A stretch of DNA of 64,000 nucleotides, taken from Octopus bimaculoides (Eukaryota). Position 1 is the first letter of the stretch. Each line of letters begins with the position of its first letter. Under the pieces are notes generated by a model, which was not told the origin of the DNA, searched no databases, and was given only the letters and a program-made list of their open reading frames with translations. The translations under genes and the position numbers were made by a program. Below, one piece after another: positions 35,999-47,741 of this stretch. The stretch is from contig NC_068982.1 of NCBI RefSeq assembly GCF_001194135.2, forward strand, positions 167,208,428 through 167,272,427, in the 5' to 3' direction.

Positions 35999-37029
35999 TA
36001 ATTTCTATGGCAACATTGAGGCTGTCATTAGAGTTTAATTTTAATGAATGGTTTGTTGTTTCTTTGATGTATCCAGTTGAATGTATGTGCCATTTTTCTG
36101 GAAGCATGCTGTATTTCTTCTGTTTAGTGTCTAGTTTTGTTTTGTTCTCAAATACCTGGAACACCTGCAGATGGGACAGATGAATCCTTTATAATAAATT
36201 GCATCCAACAAATTTGAATAATTCATCATCATCATCATCATCGTTTAATGTCTGCTTTCCATGCTGGTATGGGTTAGATGGGTTGACTGAAACTGGTAAG
36301 CTAGAGGGGTGCACCAGGTTCCAGTCTGATTTAGCTTATGGTTTCTATGGCTGGATGCCCTTCCTAATGCCAACCACTCTGAGAGTATAATGGGTGCTTT
36401 TTACATGACACTGGCAATGGCCATGACTTTGATTTCACTTGGCTTGACAAGTCTTCTCAAACATAGCTTATCACCAAGGGTCTCAGTCACTTGTCATCGC
36501 CTCCGTGAGGCTCAAGCTTTGGTTCTATTTCTCCCTTTCAAAATTACTTTCATGAATATTTTAAATTTGAAAAGAAAAAAAAGAAAGAATCTGTTAGATT
36601 CCTACAAATTCTCTGATTTAAATCCTTTCACTATATTGTATTTCAAGATAATTTTAAAGATGACATCTTCAGTGCAGTACAGGAAGTAAACCATTTAGAA
36701 ATAATCTGTAATGAGCATTAGCAAAGTAGAATGATAAAAAACTGATACTGGACCATAGGCACGAATATTCAGGGTTTTATGCTATTCGTGGTACTTTATA
36801 TTTTATATTAGATATGACTGAACATTGTAGTTAGATCAGCATTCAGTTTTTATTGTACCATAAACATGTTTCTTTCTCACTACTGCACTTTTATTTGTCA
36901 GCTTTCCATAAAAATACTCAGAGTCTCATTAAACTGCTCTTCGGCTTTTATCAGAAACAAAGATAATGCACTTTCTCTCGAAACAAAATAATATCTGCTT
37001 GAATTAATCATATGACTTTAGTTCTCAGT

Positions 37030-37510
37030 TTATTACAGGTCATAACAGAGAAGTTTAAAACCAGCTGTCCATGAGAACTTCTGTATGCTGATGGCCTAGT
37101 TTTCATAACTGAATCTATCAAAGATTTAGAGAAGAATTTCAAAATGGGCAGCCAAAGCCTGGAATTGAGAGGCCTCAAAGTAAACTTCGAGTGGACAAAA
37201 GTTTTAGCTAGCAGCAAAGAAGAAAGGATTATACTACTCAATATGCAGAAAAGAAGTTGGTTGGAATTCTATGGTATAGCCAGTGTAAACTATTGACATA
37301 CAAGAGGTGTAGTGGGATTACTGTCAGACTGGCAGAAAAAATAAACTTTGTATGTGGCAGATGTACTGGCATAGTTAGTAGTAAAAGCACAAATGAAATA
37401 AATTAACTTAAATACTTATGCAGGCTCCCTAGTTGTAGCTCATAGTCTATGTTACCTAAGTGATCTAATTAGCAACAAAAGCAGATGTAGCTGGAGTAAG
37501 ATTGGATTAA
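37030..37510 (+). mobile_element. RTE-clade LINE RT fragment
   Basis: ITEKFKTSCP*ELLYADGLVFITESIKDLEK, similar to the 11150 and 24130 copies. Confidence 0.8.
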
Positions 37511-37678
37511 GAGTTTAGGGTGCTCATGCCCACAATCAACACCTAAACTTCACAAAGAAGACAAAGGACTGTGATGAGTGGTGAGATGCTGTGCTGGAGA
37601 TGACTTGTCAAGCCCATAAAAGCATGGGTAAAAACAGTTGTCAAGAGAATAACACTATCTTGTCTACTATGTATGCGT

Positions 37679-38064
37679 GGAGGCGCAATGGCCCAGTGGT
37701 TAGGGCAGCGGACTCACGGTCATAGGATCGCGGTTTCGATTCCCAGACCGGGCATTGTGAGTGTTTATTGAGCGAAAACACCTAAAGCTCCACGAGGCTC
37801 CGGCAGGGGATGGTGGCGAACCCTGCCGTACTCTTTCACCACAACTTTCTCTCACTCTTTCTTCCTGTTTCTGTTGTATCTGTATTTCAAAAGGGCCAGC
37901 CTTGTCACACTGTGTCACGCTGAATATCCCTGAGAACTACATTAAGGGTACACGTGTCTGTGGAGTGCTCAGCCACTTGCACGTTAATTTCACGAGCAGG
38001 CTGTTCCATTGATCGGATCAACTGGAACCCTCATCGTCGTAAGCGACGGAGTGCCAACAACAAC
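37679..38064 (+). mobile_element. Full-length tRNA-derived SINE
   Basis: A box TGGCCCAGTGG, B box GGTTTCGATTCCC, non-tRNA body, (CAA)n tail, approximate flanking duplication ACTATGTATGCGT / ACTATGCATGCAC. Confidence 0.85.
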
Positions 38065-38154
38065 TATGCATGCACTTTTGGCTATCATAACGGTCTTTTT
38101 TTACTTGACTTGTGGCTTCTTAGTGTCCCCGTTTTTCTCCTGATGAGTTGTAAT

Positions 38155-38347
38155 CAGGGGCGTATATCTGGGTGTGCCAGGTGTGCACTGCACACCCATC
38201 AGAAATGACTGATTCATTATAAATATTAACCTTACTCATTAATTTAATCACAAATCTTTATGGAAAACTTTTGTAATACCCCTGTTTCAAATTTGGTGGC
38301 ATTAGGTGTGGCAGCACACCCAATACAACAACCACCATACACCATTA
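38155..38347. mobile_element. Probable hAT-type MITE
   Basis: Starts CAGGGGCGTA, degenerate inverted end TACACCATTA; flanking 8-bp near-duplication GTTGTAAT / GTTGTAAC. Confidence 0.55.
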
Positions 38348-40091
38348 GTTGTAACGCATCTGAGCACTACACAATATGTTCATTATTATGACTTGATTAT
38401 GAATTAGTGAGAAAGAAAGCCTCTGTGGTATGTCATTTCTTCTTCTTTCATGCATCAACAAAAAGAAAAGTAAAAATCCTAATATATACTAGACTTAAAT
38501 TAAATTTTACTGCTTTTAAAGTTTGTTTTGTAACATAGTCATACAGTATCACAATGACATTCTCCTTAGCTATGATAAGTAATTATGAAACCAATTGATT
38601 GAAAGGTAACAGTTCATATTCTTCTGTTGGTATTTCACAGTTGTGAAATAACGGACTGAACCCATACATTATAATTAAAAGCTTCTGAATTTAAACTGGT
38701 TGTGGTTGTGGTTTACCTTTGTTACCTGCATATAAATAGAATATTATAATGCTGATACAACAAAAAAATATCAAGAGATTTTAAGTTTCGTGAACAACTA
38801 ATCCAAGTAGAGGAGACAGTATTCTTTGACTTCTTTTTATCCATGTGGGTGAATAATCAAAAAGAGATCAAGTTATAAGAAGTTATGGTTCTTCCATACA
38901 GGAGTTACCTCCCTTGGATTCAGCTAAAACTAATTTTTTCAAAAGTTTAAATCAACATAAATAAATAAATAAATAAATACAATTAACTTTAATAAAATGG
39001 CATCAAGAATCTGTTTCTACTATAGATCTAGCATATACTACTTTTGTAAATTTACCAGAAGAAATGTGAGGAAAACTACTGATGGTCAAAGGCGTTCCAG
39101 CCAAGACACAGACACACACACACACACACAGAACAAGAAGGAAGTAAAGACTTTGTATCAAAAGGCAATGAATAAAAATAATTAAAAGACAAATAATAAA
39201 AAAACAAAAGGCAATAATATAAGAACAGTGATGATAAGGGAACAAATGTGCAGAAAATGAAAAAAATATTATTATTAAGCTAGTTTTAGTTAAGTACTGA
39301 GAGTGATTGGGTTGACATAATTCACTGACCCCATTCTCTTTTCCCAACTAAAAGCATTTATGACCTTCGGTCAGTGTTAGAAATCATTTTTATGCCAGTA
39401 TATATTGCAAACACCACCTAGTTGTGTCAAGGTAAGCTTCTAGGGACTTGAGACTTGAATTGGCAAATTGATTGTTGTTGTTGCTGTTGTTCAGCTGCAG
39501 GTCAATTTTAATGAAGCAGACTTATGGTCAAATGCATTACATCTACAACCATTTCATCCCATATCTTTTTTATGAGAGTATCTAGGATTATACCATCTAA
39601 TGAATCTCTTTTTTAAGACGATGATGTGTGATCTGAGAGAAGTTTGGCTGCTATATCTAGCAGATCTAACAACCAAGTAAGGGATCCTACAATTCCTCAG
39701 TGAACAGGCTTTAATTCCTTGTAATAACAATCTCTCCTTCATTACAACTCTAATGAAAGATGTTGGTATCAGTTACCCTGTGGTACAAGATTGTATGATT
39801 TCAATATATTAAGCCTCCAGACTTCTTCTCCAGGCTATGTTTTCTTTCCTATTCCCTCTTCCTTTTGTATTCACTCTGATGAAGCTCCATGTTCTAGTTT
39901 GAATATCCCATGAAGATGAAGAATATTATTTTCGCAATTCTTTCGTAGGCACTGACTGGCATCATAAGTGGAAATGACCGTAAGAATTGTTATGTCACAC
40001 AAATGTTATGCAATGTTTTGTATTAAATAATAAGTTATAGATGTGGTCCAATTGATTTGTTTGTTGATCTGAGGTTTTCTCCATTTTCTGA

Positions 40092-40133
<42 letters not shown>

Positions 40134-40143
40134 NNNNNNNNNN

Positions 40144-40388
40144 ATTACATACATATAAGAGGGATGACCACTAAGTGGACATCCATTATGCTAGAAGTAG
40201 ACCCCCTATGGTCTTACCACTAAGAAAAGATTGTTCTCAAGAAAATTCAGCAAATGCCAGAATGTAAGTGAGCAAGACAAATGAAAAGATACAAAATAAT
40301 ATCTTTTCTTAGTGGGAAGACCATAGGCGGTCTACTTCTAGCATAATGGATGTCCACTTAGTGGTCATCCCTCTTATATGTATGTAAT
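40144..40388. mobile_element. Young foldback element with about 88-bp near-perfect inverted repeats
   Basis: 40144-40231 versus 40301-40388 reverse complement: two mismatches by eye; next to a (TA)n run and a small gap. Confidence 0.85.
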
Positions 40389-41869
40389 ATAATTTTACTT
40401 GAATCTTCAGATTTTTCAATTTGCTAGGCCACTGGTTTTAAATTGATATTAATTAAATTAATATTCAGTTTTTCACCCTTATTATTTAAATTTAAATATA
40501 CGTACATATGTACGTACGTATGTATGTATGTATGTATGTATGTATGTATGTATGTATGTATGTATGTGTGTGTGTATGTGTGTGTGTGTTTGTGTGAGTG
40601 TGTATACATACATGATATATACTTTTTTGTTATATTTTTAATCAGCAGAAGTTACTTACTGACTCTTGAGGCCAGAGTTTCATGCATGATATTTATCACT
40701 TCAGTGTATGCACAAAACTCTTGTCTCTTGGGTCACTTTGTAACTTTTGTTGATTAAAAATAAAATATAATATATATATACTCATGTTTTGAGTTCTCTC
40801 TATCCTGTTTGTACTACCAAACCTACATACATATGTGTGTGTGTGCGTGTGTGTGTGTGTGTATGTGCGTGTGTGTGCTTGTGTGTGTGTGTGTGTGAGT
40901 TTGTGCACACACATATCTATGTACATGTATGTTTATGTATATATAAATATGCATGTATATATATACATACATGCATACACACATAGGCACACACACACAC
41001 ACACACAGAGAAAGAGAGAGAGAGGTAGAAGGAGACAGAGAAGAAGAGAGAGAGAGAAATATACACAAGGAGAGACAGTTAGATATGCCAATCCCTTTGT
41101 CAAGTGAACATTGTTGATGATACAGGTCACAAATGAAAAAAATGATTTTTTATAAAAATACACATAACACTTAAGTTTTTAAAAGTATCTTAAAAGTGTA
41201 ATAGTATCTTCCATTTATATCTGTAGAAATTGGAAAATTAAAGAAAAGGAGAATGAATGAAAAAAAGAATAAGGAAAAAACTTGGTAAAGAAAGAAAAAA
41301 ATAAATATACAAAGAAATTCATATACAGAGAAAGAAAATAAAAGTTTCTGTGTATGAAAAAGCTTCTAGAGTGATTGCAGTGTTGTTGTTGTTCAAAATA
41401 TAATAAAAACTGGTAAAACACCAAATAAATATCTTTTGTAATGTGTGAATATTTTTACCCTGGTGATTTTGTGGTCATTTGACCTAATTCTCAAACAGGT
41501 TCTTATAAACAAATGATTTACATAGCGACTTACATATAAAATTACACACACACATAAACTACACCCAGAATTACATAGGTAATTATAGGTAAATACCAAC
41601 AAAAGAATATACACATGTACACCCATACATACAGACAAATACATGCGAACACATACTTGCATATGACTATGAACAGGATTACGACATACAAAGTTTGCAT
41701 TGACAATAAGAAAAGGAATAAGAAATAGTTAAAAAAAAAAGAAAAACCCAACAAACTAACAACTCTAATAATAATAGTAATGGTGGTGATGATGATGATT
41801 GTAAAATAGTAAAAATTGTAAATAGTAAAACGTGAAAATCAGACTAAATTGGAATTTCATTGATTACGC

Positions 41870-42487
41870 AAGGAATGAAGCCAGTATGCTCCGCTGGATG
41901 TGTAATGTAAATGTGCATACCCATCAGAGTGTAAGTATCTTGAGAGAAAAGCTGAACATAAGAAGCATCAATAGTGGTGTGCAAGNNNNNNNNNNNNNNN
42001 NNNNNNNNNNNNNNNNNNNNNNNNNNNNNNNNNNNNNNNNNNNNNNNNNNNNNNNNNNNNNNNNNNNNNNNNNNNNNNNNNNNNNNNNNNNNNNNNNNNN
42101 NNNNNNNNNNNNNNNNNNNNNNNNNNNNNNNNNNNNNNNNNNNNNNNNNNNNNNNNNNNNNNNNNNNNNNNNNNNNNNNNNNNNNNNNNNNNNNNNNNNN
42201 NNNNNNNNNNNNNNNNNNNNNNNNNNNNNNNNNNNNNNNNNNNNNNNNNNNNNNNNNNNNNNNNNNNNNNNNNNNNNNNNNNNNNNNNNNNNNNNNNNNN
42301 NNNTGACACGTAAAAGCACCCACTACACTCTGAGTGGTTGGCGTTAGGAAGGGCATCCAGCTGTAGAAACTCTGCCAAATTAGATTGGAGCCTGGTGTTG
42401 CCATCCGGTTTCACCAGTCCTCAGTCAAATCGTCCAACCCATGTTAGCATGGAAAGCGGACGTTAAACGATGATGATGATGATGATG
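41870..42487 (+). mobile_element. RTE LINE 3' end spanning an assembly gap
   Basis: RNEASMLRWMCNV...LREKLNIRSI before the gap and the canonical (GAT)n-tailed 3' end after it. Confidence 0.8.
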
Positions 42488-42513
42488 AAATACACACACA
42501 CATGCATGTGTAT

Positions 42514-42560
<47 letters not shown>

Positions 42561-42887
42561 TGCATTATTACATTAAAACGTATACAGCATAACTCCAACA
42601 AATTGCATGCCTTGACAAACAGTCATGCATGTGCTCATTTAGACACTTTACACTGTAAAACAGATGCACACCTATACTCAGAACTGCACACACAAACGGT
42701 TTTGCATTTATACAGATACATGAATGTGTGGTAAAGAAATTTGTTTCACAACCAAGTGATTTCAAGTTTGCTTCCACTATGTGCACTTAGCAAATGTCTT
42801 CTAATGCTCTAGGCTAAACAAAGCCTTGTGAGCGAATTTGGTGGGCTGAAACAGAAAAGGAGCTTGTAGTATGCATGTATGTATGTA

Positions 42888-42931
<44 letters not shown>

Positions 42932-43689
42932 TGTCTTCTTGTCTTGACATTGCATGCTACTGTAACATCACCATTATGCAAGAGGTACTGTTTGTTTGCA
43001 ATCTCCCATGAAAAACATGTTCAGACCAGGAGAAAATATTACCTTGCTTGGAAACAGCTGGGAGCTGGCAACAGGAAGAGCATCCAACCATAGAATATTT
43101 GCCTCAGCAAATCCTATTTGTCTGATGCAGACATGAAAAAGATAGAAAAGATGAAAAAGTAGATGTTGAAATGGCGTTGATGACAAAGCTGACAATGATG
43201 ATGTTGATGATGAGGTCTATATGTATAATTATATGGAAAGACCTATACATGCTTATTACAACTAACATACATCATATGTCAATTTCAACAATGAGTATTC
43301 CAGTTATTTAATTATTGGAACTCTTTGTGAACCCATTTTATTGCGCCCACAGGCTGGTATACTCGTATGTACAAAATGTAGTCAATTTTTCAATTATAAA
43401 ATTTATACAATACTCATATGCCTCTTTGCAACATAGGTCATGTTTCTGCTATGACTTAAAATGGTTAGATTCGAACATAAAATTGTCCAGTAACTGCCAT
43501 TTGAATGGAAATTTTGTTTTCACTATAAAGCACATTGCTAGATTTATGCCACACCCTTGAGACCCAACTATACTCTAGCTAAAAAATATAGAATACCTAG
43601 TAAATAAAATAAACATCCTAAATTCAGTGGCGGCATTAATGAAAATGTTACATGTTAATTTAATGTGTTAAACTTATCTTTATTAATGT

Positions 43690-43900
43690 GTATCGAATGT
43701 ATTCGCCATGATAGATCGCTAGCCACTAGATCTTTTTCTATTTTCTCTCACTATTTATTTCTGCGTTCCTTTCTGTCAAAGAGCGTAGGCTCAAAACGTA
43801 AAAGACTTTCTCACTTCCCGAGCATTAAACCAATACATCCGTTTGTTGTTTACACACCCGTCTTCATTTTTTGTTTTTTTGTAAATTCTCACTATATCGA
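43690..43900 (+). mobile_element. Penelope-like terminal repeat; second copy at about 21300-21500 on the minus strand
   Basis: Two copies share GATCGCTAGCCACTA...CCTTTCTGT.GAAGAGCG.AGGCTC.AAACGTAAAAGACTTTCTCACTTCCCGAGC. Confidence 0.6.
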
Positions 43901-44009
43901 ATTATACATAGATGTATCCAAGATTTACACAGATATAAGAGTTAGAACTTGTGATCCATCCACAGACCTTGTTTTTTTTACATACATGCATTCATGCACA
44001 CACATACAT

Positions 44010-44017
44010 ACACACAT

Positions 44018-44092
<75 letters not shown>
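44010..44092 (+). repeat. (CA)n microsatellite, representative of many (CA)n, (TA)n, (TATG)n, (GA)n and (GAT)n runs
   Basis: Read directly; similar runs at 298-338, 2063-2105, 12686-12757, 26894-26941, 40518-40590, 42875-42927, 48990-49090. Confidence 0.98.
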
Positions 44093-44096
<4 letters not shown>

Positions 44097-46079
44097 ATGG
44101 GCTTCCTTCAGTTTCTGTCAATCAAATATACAAAGCTTTGGTTGGCTCAAGGCTATAGTAGAAGGCACTTTCCCAAGGTGCCACACAATGGGACTGAACC
44201 CAGAACCATGTGGTTGGGAAGCAAACTTTTTACTACAGAGTCACACCACACAGTTTTCCACACAAGGTTTGGGATGGTTTTAAGTTATGGCTAGAAATAT
44301 TTCCAGAGGTACCATACAGTGGGATAGAACACAAGACCTCATAATTATGAATCAAAATTCTTTATGTGTTAACCATGCCAGTGCCCATCACTCATATACA
44401 TACATACATACATACATGCATGCAAACATACCTACATAAATTCAGTTGATGCTTTGTCCTGCTTTCTGTATACCTTGTAAAATGTTTAATAAATTGAATA
44501 ATTATTTCCTTATATAATGAAAACAGTCTGGTGATAAGAAATAAACATTGAGCAAAAATGGCATCTTGAATATGCATACAATGCATCAGAAATGGAAACT
44601 TGAAAACATGAAAGGTGAGTGCAACTAATTCAACATCAATACATTAGGCTTGTGTGAAGTGAAATGGATAGCTGTTGGCAATAAGATAAACACACCATCA
44701 TTTGTTCAGAAGGGCACAAGCAGAAGAGATTTAGGTTTTTAATTAACAAACAGCATGCTTAACTTATGATAGAGTATTGGGCTATATCAGATTAGATAAT
44801 CTTGATACAATCTACACTAACATTATCCAAATTTATGCACCAACATGTGAGAGCAGACAAAAAATAAATAAAAAGATTAAACATCAAAGCCATGCAAGTC
44901 TCACCATTCAAAGAGACTTAAATACAAAGGTGGGATAAGGGAGAGTAGAAAACAGTAGGTTTATACAGCCTAGGGAACTGTGATGGGAGAGGAGAATGGT
45001 TGATAGAATGGACAAAAGTTAATGTATTCACAATTGGTGACACCTGGTTTGAAATGTCTAAATACAGGAATACACATTTTGTGCCACTAAGAAATAAGTA
45101 TGATAGCTTGAGTAAAAGTTGCAAAGCCTGTTTGTAAGTGGACTGCATCAGTGACCAGAATTTAATTCTGACTAAAATAAATGTAAAATGAAGAAAACCT
45201 TAAAAAATCTTAAGATCACCAAGAGAACAAGAGAAAAATATAGAATGAAGGTTAAACAATTATATGTAAAGGTAAGATCCAAGGATCCAGGTGTAGGAAG
45301 TTAGTAAGCTTTGAGCAGTCTATTGAAGGTATAAAAACAACTTTCAGGAACAGTAGTGGTTTTCTCATATAAAAGTTTGATAAGCTGAAAAATGTTATTT
45401 TATAGTTCACAGTTAGCAACTGGGGTTGCTATGTATGCAGGTAAAGATCCAAATTTAGTGAGTGGAGCTGGTAAAATCCAGGCTACATATGTATAAAAAT
45501 CAAAGAAAGGAGACCTAGTAATAAAAAAAAAAGAATAAAATTCTTGAAAGATGGTCTGAGAACCAAAAGGAGTGAGCATTTGCTGGACAAAAGGATTTTG
45601 AAGGACCACCAATCTTAAGAAGATATCAAATAAACAAGTGGGGCAGCAGATCGTGACTTTGTTGAAACGAAATGGGCCAAAAGTTCAGATGTAAATAAAT
45701 ATATTCCTGTTTTCATCACTAACCCCAGTTTAACATAAATTTTGCTATGCCTGCATTATAGAAAAGTCTTTTCTGAACCACATGTTGCCAATTCTTACTT
45801 CCTTAGTGGAATTTTAACTCATAACATAAAGATGGACAAAATGCTACAAAGCATTTTACCCTGTGTGCTAACAATTCTGACAGTTCACCACCCTTGTGAA
45901 ATGCAACATATTGAAATCAGTCTTCATCACTTCTTTTGAAATCAGTAATAACACCAATTATTGGGTATGATATCTTCGTGCATTACCTGATTGACTATTT
46001 TCAAGCGAAATCAGGATGGCACCTGTGCCCAGCGTCGCCTTTCTGGCACTTGTGCCCGTGGCATATGTAAGGATGTTCG

Positions 46080-46380
46080 AGCGAGATCATTGCCAGTGCC
46101 CCTGAACTGGCTCTTGTGCGGGTGGCACATAAAATACACCATTTTGAGCGTGGCCGTTGCCAGTATCGCCTGACTGGCCTTCGTGCTGGTGACACGTAAA
46201 GGCACCTACTACACTCTCAGAGTGGTTGGCGTTAGGAAGGGCATCCAGCTGTAGAAACTCTGCCAAATCAGATTGGAGCCTGGTGTAGCCTTCGTGTTCC
46301 ACCAGTCCTCAGTCAAATCGTCCAACCCATGCTAGCATGGAAAGCAGACGTTAAACGATGATGATGATGATGATGATGAT
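46080..46380 (+). mobile_element. RTE-tail copy, (GAT)n tailed, 2 x 66-bp unit
   Basis: Near-identical to the 4775-4968 and 42304-42487 tails. Confidence 0.85.
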
Positions 46381-46709
46381 AACCTATACTGTACTTCGTT
46401 AGATGTTTTCAGTATTCCAGTGACTATCCCTGATGAGTCAATTAAATTCCTTGTGTCCATGTCCTTAATCATTCTATCTGCCATATTGCTGTCAATTCAG
46501 AAAGGCTGTTCCTCTGTTGGATCTACTTAGCGAAGACTCCTTCACTCTCCATTTAGCATCTCCTCATTCAACACCTGCTCATTGTTATTCTTCTATGCCT
46601 CTTTCCTTTTAGCATCAGTAAGAGTGAGTTGTTATCACTTGATATGCTCTTCTCCTCAATGAAATCTCATTTCTCACTTACATTTTGCCTAGTTATCCAA
46701 ATCATCTTA

Positions 46710-47287
46710 TCTTACTATAATGGGCGTTATGTCCATCTGTCTGTCTGTCTGTTTATTCCCTCTTCAATGTCAGACTGCTGGACCAATGGTCACAATGTCT
46801 TTTGGGAATACGAAGAAGGTAATCAAGAAGGGTTTTAGCAAAAAAAAAAAAAAAANNNNNNNNNNAAAAAAAAAAAAAAAAAAAGTGAAAAAGTGTGATT
46901 ATTTAGTGGATATTGATTTTTGTATTAATAAATCACTTTTGATTTTGTTTTGTTAAAATTCTGGCGACAAGGATTAACTCTGGATTCCCCCCACCACCAT
47001 ATAGTTTGTGAATTTAGAGGATAGATGATCAGATTTACTGTCTTACTATAATGGGAGTTATGTCTGTCTCTGTGTCTGTTCCCTCTTCACAGCCTGATGG
47101 CTGGACCAATGGTTACGGTATTTTTTGGGATTATGAAGGAGGTAAACAGGAACGTTTTTAGTGAAAAAAAATCAGAAAGTATGATTATTTCATGAATATC
47201 AATTTTTGAATTGATAAACCACCTTCACATTTTTATTAAAAATTCACTGACCATGAGTAACTCTGGATTTTCATCATGTAGTTTGTG
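46710..47287 (+). repeat. Two tandem diverged copies (46710-47010, 47041-47287) of a Helitron-like non-autonomous unit
   Basis: Both begin TCTTACTATAATGGG, contain a (TCTG)n patch and GCTGGACCAATGGT, and end ...TAACTCTGGATT...AGTTTGTG; 5'-TC start and adjacency to the helicase fragment suggest Helitron origin. Confidence 0.55.
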
Positions 47288-47531
47288 GTCCCATTGTAGA
47301 TATGAAAGGGGTTGTGAGAACAGTTAATAGTGAAAATAAAATGGAAAAAGTGTGTCAGTATATAGTGTGTGATTATTTAGTGGTTATTGAAGTGTGTCAA
47401 TCTCGAGCAGGATTCAAAATGGCTAATCAAAGATGCTGCTGTTTACATCTCAGTTTTGTCAATCAAAATAACCCATGGTACCAGAACGTCCAGACATTAT
47501 TCACATAGAACAGTGAAAGGTAAGTCTTAGC

Positions 47532-47741
47532 TTGATTTTTTGCAACCCTAAAGATTCCTCTTGTGCATTAACAGCAATTAAGGCACAGGGCCAGACTTTA
47601 GATTGTGTAGGTGTATTTTTACCCACTCCGATGTTTACACATGGCCAGTTATACATTGTTATGAGTAGAGCAACGGACTCCAGTTATTTGAAAATTAGAG
47701 TCGACCAAGCAGAAAATATCGTCTACAAGGAAGTTTTGTAA
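47532..47741 (+). mobile_element. Helitron PIF1-like helicase C-terminal fragment
   Basis: AIKAQGQTLDCVGVFLPTPMFTHGQLYIVMSR...NIVYKEVL* matches the RepHel end (TINKxQGQT...FSHGQLYVALSR...NIVYKEVL). Confidence 0.88.

Noticed and set aside
37679-37752. tRNA gene
   Set aside because: tRNA-like head continues into a SINE body and tail; acceptor stem not convincingly paired.
43665-44294. 209-aa ORF, similar to the 21092-21562 minus-strand ORF
   Set aside because: Similarity comes from a shared Penelope-like repeat plus (CA)n and a SINE, not from a gene family.
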